Below are positions 49,489-58,840 of a stretch of DNA of 64,000 nucleotides, one piece after another. A model generated the notes under the pieces. It searched no databases. It was not told the origin of the DNA and saw only the letters and a list, made by a program, of their open reading frames with translations. Each line of letters opens with the position of its first letter. The stretch's first letter is position 1. The DNA is taken from positions 5,689 through 69,688 of the forward strand of contig JAPLVK010000022.1 in NCBI GenBank assembly GCA_026397175.1. Direction: 5' to 3'. The position numbers and the translations under genes are program-made. Source of the DNA: Candidatus Berkelbacteria bacterium (GTDB lineage: Bacteria; Patescibacteriota; UBA1384; DTJR01).

Positions 49489-51435
49489 TCAAATGCCCAG
49501 ATCATATTCGTCATTTTCCCAGTACATTATTACGCCATAATTACCGCTCTCGGGATCATCTTCCATGTAATTTTCTTTTATTCGCGCAATTTTAAGTCCT
49601 CGTCCGGTGTAGAATCTGATGTCGGGATCGGCCAAATTATCCCCATCTTTTTGATTTACAAATTGCTCTATTGTCAGGCTCGGGTTATCATCTTTGGCTT
49701 TTTTGAAACCAGGTACCCTCGATCCGAGAAACAGATATTTCAAGTTCTTCTGTTTTACCAATTCTTTCTGTGCTTCGATTAAGGCTACCCCTATTCTGTT
49801 ACCTTTATATTGCGCTCTAACGCCTAGCGATACAACATAAAGTGAGTTGCCGTCTTTGTTATGTCCGCCCGTAATAGTTCCGTCCTCTGAATGTACAGGA
49901 CTAATGAACCCGTTATTCGTAATTTTCTCCCAGGATTCTACATCATCTGTTGGCTCAAAATTTGAAATTTCGGAAGTGCTGACTCCTGCAATAATTCCGA
50001 ACTCATAACCCAAAAAGAATCCTTCAGGAAAAACTTTCATTCGAGATTCAAATTTTTCTCTTGGCGCTCGAACTTCTTCGGGCCATGCCTCCTCCTCTGT
50101 TCGCATGACGCCTTCGAGTTGTTCGTTCGTTATAACCTCGTCTTTTGTGTTGATTGTTTCAATGCAAATTTGCTTCAGCTGCTGTAGCCAGTCTTTATAA
50201 CAATGACACTCCTTGTTTGTTGGGTCATTTTCCCAGCTTAAAAGCTCGTTATAGTCTCGCAAGAATGATTGCTGGTCCATATCGTGATTAAAGCTACTTA
50301 AAATTTCAATAACTTTTTCATTGCAATATTTACTGCCGGTGTCTGGATTCCCCCCTGTTACAATTGAGATTCCCTCTCCGCTCAAACCGACATGTAGACC
50401 CAAATAATCAAATACATTACTCTCGCCGTCTAAGATTCTGCCACAGAGTTGTTTGATCGTTTCTGCAATACTCCAGTACATCGGTGCTTTGTAGCTTCTG
50501 AACATATGAAGCAGTGAGTCTCTATATGTTCTCGTTGGTCCGAGAGAAACATGAGGTTTTAATTCGGGTTTCAAGTTAAGATCTTTTGATATTTGGGCTA
50601 CTTGTACCGCTGATTCAATAGCCGATTTTATCGCGAAGTTTTCGCTCATTAGTCCTGGCTTAAGCAGGATGTAGAAAAATGATCTGACATTTCTTTTGGC
50701 AAGATCATCTATTATTCCGCGCAGAGCCTCTTCGCTTATGCTTTTTCTTAATTGTTCTCCAATAATCTGGTCGGTGGTTTCAAGTCCGAAGGCAATCTCG
50801 AGTCGTCTTGTACCGCCATCGCTATTTAGCCACGCAAGAACTTCATCGACCTTATCTTGCGATTGAACAATGTCAGCAAATTTTGCTTCGACAGTCAGGA
50901 CAATATTTTTGGGTGAATTTTCTCTCACAACATCAATTATTCTTTTCCTTCCGTCAGCAGAAATCTCTTCGTCGCTAAAAAATGAGCCCGAGTTAAAAAT
51001 TTCGATAATATCAATATGCTCACTCTCGAATTGAAATGAGGGACGCACTGTATTCATAGCATCTACCATCTGCTGCTCATACTGTTCTGGTGTAACGGGG
51101 TTTCCTCCAGTTGAGTAATTTTCGCTAAATACGCAAAATGCACAATTTGGGTATTCGTTAGATTCTGCGTGTGAACGACGCTTGGAACAACCGGGTGATT
51201 TTAATAAAATCGATGCTCGTCTGGCGGGTTGTCCATCGAGTGTTGTTAGGCCCCCAGTGTCAACGAAAAATGGTTTCGACACCTCTCGGGCATACATTTC
51301 AGGATTTTCTCTCGCATCTCTGGCAAGTTTAGCCGCGTCGCCCTTGTGTTCATAAACCTGCGCTATCTTTTCAGGAGCCCGAAAATCGATCCCTACATCT
51401 CCATACTCATTTTGACTTTCGACATCTGAACCCAT
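49489..51435 (-). CDS. RaSEA-like radical SAM protein fused to a C-terminal GNAT domain
   Basis: CX14CX2C; IFNSGSF, FGLET, YILLKP, KAPMYWSI; GNAT SLYVVSLGV...GNRIG...DPESGNYG. Confidence 0.75.
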   Translation of the reverse strand: MGSDVESQNEYGDVGIDFRAPEKIAQVYEHKGDAAKLARDARENPEMYAREVSKPFFVDTGGLTTLDGQPARRASILLKSPGCSKRRSHAESNEYPNCAFCVFSENYSTGGNPVTPEQYEQQMVDAMNTVRPSFQFESEHIDIIEIFNSGSFFSDEEISADGRKRIIDVVRENSPKNIVLTVEAKFADIVQSQDKVDEVLAWLNSDGGTRRLEIAFGLETTDQIIGEQLRKSISEEALRGIIDDLAKRNVRSFFYILLKPGLMSENFAIKSAIESAVQVAQISKDLNLKPELKPHVSLGPTRTYRDSLLHMFRSYKAPMYWSIAETIKQLCGRILDGESNVFDYLGLHVGLSGEGISIVTGGNPDTGSKYCNEKVIEILSSFNHDMDQQSFLRDYNELLSWENDPTNKECHCYKDWLQQLKQICIETINTKDEVITNEQLEGVMRTEEEAWPEEVRAPREKFESRMKVFPEGFFLGYEFGIIAGVSTSEISNFEPTDDVESWEKITNNGFISPVHSEDGTITGGHNKDGNSLYVVSLGVRAQYKGNRIGVALIEAQKELVKQKNLKYLFLGSRVPGFKKAKDDNPSLTIEQFVNQKDGDNLADPDIRFYTGRGLKIARIKENYMEDDPESGNYGVIMYWENDEYDLGI

Positions 51436-51447
51436 TTTTCTGCTCCG

Positions 51448-52290
51448 TTATCTTTCCTTAATCATTTGTTTACCTCTAATCCTTGGCGAAAAGTTTTTGC
51501 CGGTAACTACGCTTTTCCCAGTTTTGTTTTCGAGGGCTTTTCTTGCGTCTTTCGCAATTTTACCACCTTTTTTGGCTGGAATCTTATTTTCTTCCAATCC
51601 TTTTGTTTTGTCTGTCTCGGCGATTCGTCTTGTTGAAAGTTCGGCAAGCGCGGTGAAGATCAATTCTTCTTCGCTCATATGATCTCGCAGATTTTGCGTT
51701 TTTAAGCCCTTCAAATTCTTGTGATCTTTGACGGATAAATCGCTCCATTCTTTGTGAATAATATTCGTCAATATTGCAAATTCTTCGCCCTCTTTTACTT
51801 CGTGATCAGCCCAATAATCAGTCAATTTGTTTCTGGTCTCATGCCCAGTCATCCGTTGCTGAATCCACTTTTGGCTTCGGCCCATTTTCTGCCAATAACT
51901 CCTTGATCTATCTAGTGCTTTTTCCGGATCTGCCATTTCTTGTATTCTCTCGTAACCAGTTTTCGCTAGCCACAATTTAAATGGCTCGGCTTTTTTACTC
52001 GGGACTGACTGAATGATTCTAAATATTTGTTCTGTACTGCCTGCCAAAGTTTTTCTTTTTTTCCCTGTCTCTGTGACCATTTCTACCTGGGGACAATTTG
52101 TCCCTATGTAATGCCCGACCTCGAAGTCCCTTTTGCGAAGCTTTTTGAGATAGTCGGTTGGATTTATACTATCGGTAAGTGCTGCGATAATATCAATTAC
52201 CGAAAAATACCATGTTTCGGTTTTTTCGTCATAATACCGACGAATTTTGAAGCTTTCGAAAATAGCTAATGAATTTTGTTTAATTTTCAT
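51448..52290 (-). CDS. Bro-N domain / phage antirepressor-like protein
   Basis: WYFSVIDII, RIIQSVPSKKAEPFKLWLA, NLRDHM. Confidence 0.8.
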   Translation of the reverse strand: MKIKQNSLAIFESFKIRRYYDEKTETWYFSVIDIIAALTDSINPTDYLKKLRKRDFEVGHYIGTNCPQVEMVTETGKKRKTLAGSTEQIFRIIQSVPSKKAEPFKLWLAKTGYERIQEMADPEKALDRSRSYWQKMGRSQKWIQQRMTGHETRNKLTDYWADHEVKEGEEFAILTNIIHKEWSDLSVKDHKNLKGLKTQNLRDHMSEEELIFTALAELSTRRIAETDKTKGLEENKIPAKKGGKIAKDARKALENKTGKSVVTGKNFSPRIRGKQMIKER

Positions 52291-52294
52291 ATTT

Positions 52295-53245
52295 TCAATT
52301 CTTCAATTTTTTTAAATTAAATTTTGTGATTTCTTTGCGCACGATTTTTTCCATTTCTTTGTGTGATATTTTACCTTTACTCGATAATATTTCCAATTTA
52401 TTTGCCTTAAGCATATTGTCAAGATAAGAATCCCAGTCCTTCATATACATAACATTTTGGCGCTCAATCTGAAATTCAGCATAAGAAAGAAATTGCTCAA
52501 CCAGTAAATAAAGTTGGCGAAGCTCTGTTTCAAGCATATAATTTTTGGCGATCTCTGCTTCTTGTCTCGTTACGGAAACTTTTTTGTAATTGGTCATACC
52601 AAGATTTTCTTTTCTGCTGTCAATCCGATTAACAACTAATTCGGCGGCAGTTTTGCCTGTTATGGCATGGTGAAATTTATTCTGCATAGCAGCATAAAAC
52701 TTTTTTGTATAATCGGCTTTAGTATCATAGTCCGCACTGGTTGAAAAAATATCTTTGACTTTTTCGTATAAATTTCTTTCCGAAGCGCGAATCTTTCGGA
52801 CGCGCTCCAGCATCTCACCAAAATATCCTCGTTTGTAGCCGCCGTTTGCTAGCCGCTCATCGTCCATAACAAATCCTTTGACAATATATTCTCGCAGGGT
52901 CTTTGTCGCCCAAATACGGAATTGCGTACCCCGAAAAGATTTTACCCGATAGCCAACGGAAATAATTACATCGAGATTATATTGCTCGATTTCACGAATT
53001 ATTTCCCTTGGTCCCTCTTTTTGAACTATCCGGAATTTCCGGACAGTTGGAACCCTACTTAGTTCTCCTTCACTAAAAATATTTTTAATGTGTTCGTTTA
53101 CAGTTTTAACATCTTTCTCGAATAGTTCAGCCATCTGTTTCTGGGATAACCAAACTGTCTCGCCGGTCATCCGAACTTCAATTTGAGTTGAACCGTCTTC
53201 AGTTTTATAAATAATGACTTGGTTTTTCTTGCTAGATTCTTTCAT
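52295..53245 (-). CDS. Virulence RhuM family protein
   Basis: TVWLSQKQMAELF, YNLDVIISVGYRVKS, QFRIWAT, IRASE, AKNY. Confidence 0.88.
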   Translation of the reverse strand: MKESSKKNQVIIYKTEDGSTQIEVRMTGETVWLSQKQMAELFEKDVKTVNEHIKNIFSEGELSRVPTVRKFRIVQKEGPREIIREIEQYNLDVIISVGYRVKSFRGTQFRIWATKTLREYIVKGFVMDDERLANGGYKRGYFGEMLERVRKIRASERNLYEKVKDIFSTSADYDTKADYTKKFYAAMQNKFHHAITGKTAAELVVNRIDSRKENLGMTNYKKVSVTRQEAEIAKNYMLETELRQLYLLVEQFLSYAEFQIERQNVMYMKDWDSYLDNMLKANKLEILSSKGKISHKEMEKIVRKEITKFNLKKLKN

Positions 53246-53404
53246 TTACACTCTCTCTGCGCGCCATCCGTGATTTTAATGTAAGATGGATGATTTTTAT
53301 TATAAAAATTCCTTATCGCCCGTCTGCAAAAGCTTTGCTTTAGCTAATGCGGGCAGGCTAATTATTAGGGTAAAAGCGTAGCATCCCCCTCCCAAAAACT
53401 GCCA

Positions 53405-53737
53405 TCAAGTTCCCTTTCTTGCTAAATAATTAAATGCATAAAAATAATTTTGCCATGATTTGTCGGTGGATTGATATTGGTTTTCGAAAAACCAATCGGC
53501 TAAAACCTCGCGCATTCGGCAGAGTTCACGCAATTGTTTTTTATTTTTCGGATCGAGCCGTGTTATGTCAATCAGCTCCAAAGCGCGCTCGAAAGCAAGC
53601 TGCGAATATTCTAAATCATTTTTATTTTTCCAGATAATCGTTCGCTCCACTTCACTGCCGATATTGGCCATTTGCTCGGCTAACGATTTAGAAAACCATT
53701 TTTTTTCTGTTAAGTCCTTATGATAAAAAAGATTCAT
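53405..53737 (-). CDS. Helical hypothetical protein, coupled to the DUF5674 gene
   Basis: EQMANIGSEVER, ERALEL, ELCRMRE; ATGA overlap. Confidence 0.7.
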   Translation of the reverse strand: MNLFYHKDLTEKKWFSKSLAEQMANIGSEVERTIIWKNKNDLEYSQLAFERALELIDITRLDPKNKKQLRELCRMREVLADWFFENQYQSTDKSWQNYFYAFNYLARKGT

Positions 53738-54075
53738 TTTTGAACTATTTTGTTAACAACTATAATTATCTTTTCGCGAATTTTTGGATCGTCAACCGAT
53801 CTTGTTCGATTGCCTTGTGAGGGGCGCAAGTTAACCATCGAATCAAATTCGATAAATTCCTCGCCGGTTTTTTCGGGATACAAATTTATTCCCCAAAGAT
53901 TTTGTTGTTTCGAACCATTTTGAAGCAGTAATTCTTCTTCGTCACTATGCATTCCCGCGTCAACAGCCATAACCTCTTTCTCAATATCAACAACCGCCTT
54001 AATCAAAGTGCCAAACATATCCTCGGCCATCTTTTTTAATTCGCTAAGTGATATATTATCTTCAATTATTTTCAT
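53734..54075 (-). CDS. DUF5674 family protein
   Basis: KAVVDI, HSDEE, GSKQQNLWGIN, FDSMVNLRP.QGN. Confidence 0.75.
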   Translation of the reverse strand: MKIIEDNISLSELKKMAEDMFGTLIKAVVDIEKEVMAVDAGMHSDEEELLLQNGSKQQNLWGINLYPEKTGEEFIEFDSMVNLRPSQGNRTRSVDDPKIREKIIIVVNKIVQK

Positions 54076-54189
54076 AAATTAATATTTACCTCACCTTAAG
54101 CTTCCCATAAATCAAGAAAAAAATAAAGTCCAAGCATCGGTTCTAATTTTGCAACTTTAAAAATTCACTCATTTTCCCTTTCTCCCCTG

Positions 54190-54217
54190 CACTTTTGAGA
54201 CGATCGTCTCAAAAGTG
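54190..54217. repeat. CGATCG-centred perfect palindrome downstream of the PaaX-like gene
   Basis: CACTTTTGAGACGATCGTCTCAAAAGTG. Confidence 0.9.
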
Positions 54218-54262
54218 TATGCCTCAAACCTGTATTTACTTGCTAGTTTTTATAATATGAGA

Positions 54263-54841
54263 TTAAAGATCGAATTTATTTTTAAGATATTCTTCACAAT
54301 CAATCTTGGAAAGTTCTCCGTAATTAACAAATTTTTCAACTTCAAAGACCGAACTAATAAAAGATATCTCATCCTCGCACTTATAGGGGCAAACCCAAAC
54401 ACTTTTTTGCAATTTGACAAAACCGATTTCTATCAATTTACTTCTCAAAATATTTCTAGCAAATCGGAGTTTTTCGGGAATATCAAAAAATACTATTCTC
54501 CATTTGCCATCCCATTTATGTTTATTAATCGAAATAGCATCAATGTCATAATCCACTAACCTTACCTTACCTTTTTGTGTAATTTTAATAATTGTTTTGC
54601 CTTTTCGATAGGTAATCTGAACAAATCGGTCCTTAATTATTTTCTCGAGTGATTTATCAACTGCTTCATCGCCGTGTTTCTTGCGCAGCTTGTTCAGTTT
54701 GGGAATAAATTTTGAAAGCCCATAAGGAGAAGTCAAGGCAACACCGATTACCAAACCAATCAGCACCACTTCCAATACCAATTTTGCTACCTCAACGAAA
54801 ACTTCTTTTTCATATTTGGTAAGCCGAACCTTTGAACTCAT
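54263..54841 (-). CDS. PaaX-like protein (wHTH plus Cas2-like central domain)
   Basis: ITQKG, WDGKWRIVFFDIPE, R..LR..L...GF..LQKSVW. Confidence 0.85.
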   Translation of the reverse strand: MSSKVRLTKYEKEVFVEVAKLVLEVVLIGLVIGVALTSPYGLSKFIPKLNKLRKKHGDEAVDKSLEKIIKDRFVQITYRKGKTIIKITQKGKVRLVDYDIDAISINKHKWDGKWRIVFFDIPEKLRFARNILRSKLIEIGFVKLQKSVWVCPYKCEDEISFISSVFEVEKFVNYGELSKIDCEEYLKNKFDL

Positions 54842-54871
54842 ATACTTAACATTATCACTAATTTGAATCCT

Positions 54872-54905
54872 CTGCACTTTTGAGACGATCGTCTCAAAAG
54901 TGCAG
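54872..54905. repeat. CGATCG-centred 34-bp perfect palindrome upstream of the PaaX-like gene
   Basis: CTGCACTTTTGAGACGATCGTCTCAAAAGTGCAG. Confidence 0.9.
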
Positions 54906-54969
54906 GCAGAGGGTGTATCTTTATTACGCTGAATCTCGGAAAAATAAATTTAGAGAACTGATTTTTGAT

Positions 54970-55215
54970 AACCCCGAGCCAAAGGATTCCCCTTGGGGAA
55001 GAGGACCCTTGGGGCATTTTTATGGTTCGCTCCGCCGGCTGGCGGATTTAGGATGAAAAAAAATTTATCCTATGATTCGTTGATAATATTTTTCGCCCAT
55101 TCGACTCGCTTCGCTCGTTCAGGATGAAAGTTGTCTTTATAATACCGATTTCTGGTAGCAACTTTCGCCCTTCGACAAGCTCCCTCCTTCGCTAAAGCTA
55201 CGGAAGGGCAAGCAG
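54970..55215. repeat. Cluster of short palindromic repeats
   Basis: TCCGCCGGCTGGCGGA, TTCGACTCGCTTCGCTCGTTCAGG, CCCTTCGACAAGCTC, CCTTCGCTAAAGCTACGGAAGG. Confidence 0.55.
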
Positions 55216-55232
55216 AGTGAATCTTGCTCGTG

Positions 55233-56954
55233 TTATATCACTTCTTTTTGGTAGCAAGATTCACAGTAAACTTTTTCCGGTCTTTCGGGTGCATAGGTGG
55301 TTTCGAATTCGTTGGGGCAGTGGCCAGAATGATCGTGGCCAGGCAGATCGCACATGCATTGGCGGTGATACAAAACCCGCGGATTGCGCAGTTTAAATAA
55401 TTCTTTGTATCTCACCTCGGAATGTTTAGTTGGCACGGGAATTCTCTGTCTTATATAAAACGCCAACTCTTGCGGCATGATTTTGAACGGTTTTCCCGAC
55501 TTTTCACATTTCAAAACTCCCGCCAGCAATTTTTTAACTTCTTCGTCTGAATTTATGTAATCATCAATTGAATCTTTTGGCTCGTAGGCTTCGCCTTTAT
55601 AATCAGGATTGTATTCTTTGTCCTGCCACTTGCCGCCAATTTTCTCGGCTTCTGCCTTGGTTTTGGGATGATAAATATTAGCCATTGTTTCGTTGTAACC
55701 AAACAAAGACATTTTCATCGGGCAAAACTCTCCCCACTCGCCGTCTTTTTGCATTCGCTCAATTATTTTTGGCACCAATTTATCATATTCTTCCTTGGTA
55801 TACTGTTTATTCAAAATACAATGCTGCTTGTGATTAATCCCGATACAGCCAAAACAATTTGAGCAGTAATCAATAAAGTTACAATACAAATTACTGTCTC
55901 CGTAGGCGGTCCAGACACTAAAACGGTTTTTGTAACCAGCGTTGCTTGTCCCGTCGTAACAGAGTTCCGCTTCGGTAATATAATCGAGGTCGCGGCAATC
56001 CTTGCTATCAGCATCAATATTGGTGATCCTGACACAATTTTGGCTTTTATAGGCGTTAAAACACTTTTTGCAGTCTTTACATTCAATTAAATAATCACCT
56101 GTGCAGTTTTCTGTTTTGACATTGTTGTTTTCTTTGTGAATCGCCTTGAGCATGCCTTCGCCGGATCTCTTTTTGTATTCTTCGACCACCGATCTTCTGC
56201 CAAAATCAATTTCCTTTAATTTCTTTTTGTATTCTTCTTCGGAGTACTCTTTGTTTTCAATGCAATATTGCTTATTGTGTAAACCCGCACAAAGCAAAAC
56301 ATTGTTGCACCCTCGGCAGTCGTAAGAAAAATAAGATTCGGAGCAATTCTCACAATGCTCTAAATACATTGAATTATGGCAATGATCGCAGTCAAAACAA
56401 TGGTAGCAATATTCACAATTTCTAATATCAAAACAATCAATGCAGTCCTTAGTATAAAAAGTTTCGGTGCAGTAATAGCATCTTTCCGCATAGCCAGCAT
56501 TAAAACAAAGATACGAATCCTTCGTCTGCCAAGTTTGATTGCAAAAATTACTGTTCTCAACGATGGTAGTATTGTTGGCCTGACGCGGAACGGCTAGTAA
56601 AAGTTCATTAAACTGCTCAAAAAATGACTGGTTGAAATCGAATTCACGGCCGAAGCTCATTGGATCCCAGTCGTCGGATCTCCAGACAGAATTTTTATAA
56701 ACCTTGTAGGGCTTGTCCGGAGAATAAACCGAGACAATTTCCTCGCCTGTTTTATCACATTTTCTTTTATAAAGTGAGCGCTCGTTTCTCCAGCAGAGTC
56801 GCCTGATTTGTCGGCAGGTGTAGCAAAGTTTTGGGGCATCAATTTTATAAACCCGCCCATTCAAAACCGGACTAATTTTTTCCAGAAACGCCAAATCATC
56901 ATCGCTAACGACAAATTCTTGTCCACATTGTTTGCAAGTTTTATTTTCTGCCAT
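55233..56954 (-). CDS. Cys-rich Zn-ribbon/repeat protein typical of CPR genomes
   Basis: CKQC, WRNERSLYKRKC, many CxxCxxC repeats, C-terminal VYCESCY. Confidence 0.8.
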   Translation of the reverse strand: MAENKTCKQCGQEFVVSDDDLAFLEKISPVLNGRVYKIDAPKLCYTCRQIRRLCWRNERSLYKRKCDKTGEEIVSVYSPDKPYKVYKNSVWRSDDWDPMSFGREFDFNQSFFEQFNELLLAVPRQANNTTIVENSNFCNQTWQTKDSYLCFNAGYAERCYYCTETFYTKDCIDCFDIRNCEYCYHCFDCDHCHNSMYLEHCENCSESYFSYDCRGCNNVLLCAGLHNKQYCIENKEYSEEEYKKKLKEIDFGRRSVVEEYKKRSGEGMLKAIHKENNNVKTENCTGDYLIECKDCKKCFNAYKSQNCVRITNIDADSKDCRDLDYITEAELCYDGTSNAGYKNRFSVWTAYGDSNLYCNFIDYCSNCFGCIGINHKQHCILNKQYTKEEYDKLVPKIIERMQKDGEWGEFCPMKMSLFGYNETMANIYHPKTKAEAEKIGGKWQDKEYNPDYKGEAYEPKDSIDDYINSDEEVKKLLAGVLKCEKSGKPFKIMPQELAFYIRQRIPVPTKHSEVRYKELFKLRNPRVLYHRQCMCDLPGHDHSGHCPNEFETTYAPERPEKVYCESCYQKEVI

Positions 56955-57508
56955 TATATTCTTTTATACTCTTTTTCTAATCCAAGTTTTTTTACCCATT
57001 CGTTTATATAATCGTTATCCACTTTCGAAATCTCTAAAATTGATTTAATATCATCCGCGTGTCGGCTGGAATTGTCTTTTTGCATCCACTGAAGTTTGGA
57101 AATTATTAAATCCTCCGGGGAAATAAATCTAACTTCGCGGCCAATATCTTTTTTAATTGATCTTCTTAGTCGCAGTTTATCATAATCTTTGTTATAGACA
57201 ATCCAAAAATCAATTTTCATTCCGATATTTGGTTCTATAATATTGAACTCACCATTATTTTTTAGAGCATCTCTCATTTGAAGAGGATCTATATACGCAT
57301 CTGGAAATTCACTTTTTAATTTGCCGGCGAGCTGATCGATATTTTTTTCTTCGAGATGAATAACTAAATCAATATCTGCTGTAAACCGAGGTTTTCCCCA
57401 AACAGATACTGCAAAACCTCCGCTAACAAAAAAATCGATTCTTAAATTATTTAAGATTTCTGCGATTTTATTTAAGAGGTCTGTTGGGGTTTTGGGTTGT
57501 TTTTGCAT
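56954..57508 (-). CDS. Nucleotidyltransferase-fold protein (putative toxin)
   Basis: SGGFAVSVWGKPRFTADID, SPEDLIISKL, RHADDI. Confidence 0.75.
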   Translation of the reverse strand: MQKQPKTPTDLLNKIAEILNNLRIDFFVSGGFAVSVWGKPRFTADIDLVIHLEEKNIDQLAGKLKSEFPDAYIDPLQMRDALKNNGEFNIIEPNIGMKIDFWIVYNKDYDKLRLRRSIKKDIGREVRFISPEDLIISKLQWMQKDNSSRHADDIKSILEISKVDNDYINEWVKKLGLEKEYKRI

Positions 57509-57645
57509 TTGAAAAATTTGGGGTTAACTTTTTTTGCGTACGCAAAAAAACCGTTTAGCATTTCGAGTTTTTCAGTAGCCGTTTTTCCCTTGATTACCGA
57601 CATATAAAATTTATCGGCTTTAGAGGTTGCGCTTTTTTTCTTCAT
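57472..57645 (-). CDS. Small basic protein (putative antitoxin partner)
   Basis: Overlaps the nucleotidyltransferase start; KTATEKLEM motif. Confidence 0.5.
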   Translation of the reverse strand: MKKKSATSKADKFYMSVIKGKTATEKLEMLNGFFAYAKKVNPKFFKCKNNPKPQQTS

Positions 57646-57691
57646 ATTGTTTAAAGTTTCCCACAAACCACTTGAAAAATAAAGCATAACC

Positions 57692-57716
57692 AAACTCCAC
57701 CCGCCGGGTGGAGTTT
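57692..57716. repeat. REP-like palindrome
   Basis: AAACTCCACCCG-C-CGGGTGGAGTTT. Confidence 0.6.
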
Positions 57717-57754
57717 TAAGGGTTTTGATTGATCTGTTTAAAATTTAAATTTAT

Positions 57755-58840
57755 TTATAGCACACTTTTAATAATCTCCAGGGCTTTTTTGAGCTTGATC
57801 TTATCTGATATCAAACTAATTCTGAAATAATCTTTTCGAGAAGAAAAAATACTTCCGGGCATCACAAGCACGCCTTTTTTCGCTAGTTCGGCAACGAATA
57901 TTTTCTCTTCTGATGGGCATTTTATAAAAAAATAAAAACCGCCGTCAGGAATCACAAATTTGAAATTACCACCTAGCTCTTTTATTACCATATCTCGATT
58001 TTTCTTATATATCTTTGAAGCTTTTTGGGAAATATCAAGGTTATCCACAAATAATTCTTGAATAAAATCCGCGACACAGACCTGCTCTAGAAACAAAAGT
58101 TTATTGGCGGCTTCGATCACTTCGACCGGCCCGCACAAGTAGCCGATTCTCAATCCGGTTGCGGCGTGGGATTTAGAAAAACTGTTGACAACAATGGTTT
58201 TATAGTAAAACTCTGCCGGGCTTAAGAATTTATTGTCATAATCGAAATCCTTATATACCTCGTCGGAGATTATAAACAAATCATGTTTCTTGGCTAGCTT
58301 GACGACCTCAAGCAAAAATTCTTTGGTATAAATCCGGCCGGTAGGGTTGCTTGGGGAATTGAGTAAGATTGCTTTGGTCTTTGTTGAGATTTTTTTGCTG
58401 ATTTGTGATAACTCGGGAATGAATGTTGGAAAGGTTGGGATGACCTTCGGTTTAGCCCCAACAATTTTGGCAAGCTCAATGTACGGAGGAAAATAGGGCT
58501 CAAAAATAATAATCTCGTCATCACGATCAAAAAGCGTTTGATAAGCAAGAAACAAAGAATACGAACTGCCAGTAGTGATTAGAATATTATCTTTGGTGTA
58601 TTGAGTTTTGTTCTGATTGTTGATGTGATCCGCGATTTGTTCTCGAAGTATAGTGTTTCCTTTGGAAGATGAGTATTTAAATCGAGAATTTGAACAGTTG
58701 AGAAGTTTTTGTTTAACCTTTTTGTGCACATCAAAATCGGGTTCCCCGATCGTAAGGTTAATCAAATCGTTTGATTGGGATTTGAAATAACCTTCGAGGT
58801 TAGGCAGGATGATCCTATTAATTGTTTTTGACAGTTTCAT
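57755..58840 (-). CDS. PLP-dependent aminotransferase class I/II
   Basis: LTIGEPDF, NSPSNPTG, SDEVY, SFSKSHAATGLRIG. Confidence 0.9.
   Translation of the reverse strand: MKLSKTINRIILPNLEGYFKSQSNDLINLTIGEPDFDVHKKVKQKLLNCSNSRFKYSSSKGNTILREQIADHINNQNKTQYTKDNILITTGSSYSLFLAYQTLFDRDDEIIIFEPYFPPYIELAKIVGAKPKVIPTFPTFIPELSQISKKISTKTKAILLNSPSNPTGRIYTKEFLLEVVKLAKKHDLFIISDEVYKDFDYDNKFLSPAEFYYKTIVVNSFSKSHAATGLRIGYLCGPVEVIEAANKLLFLEQVCVADFIQELFVDNLDISQKASKIYKKNRDMVIKELGGNFKFVIPDGGFYFFIKCPSEEKIFVAELAKKGVLVMPGSIFSSRKDYFRISLISDKIKLKKALEIIKSVL

Noticed and set aside
54187-54905. CRISPR array or cas locus suggested by repeats and a Cas2-like fold
   Set aside because: Only two repeats 685 bp apart, no spacers and no other cas genes.
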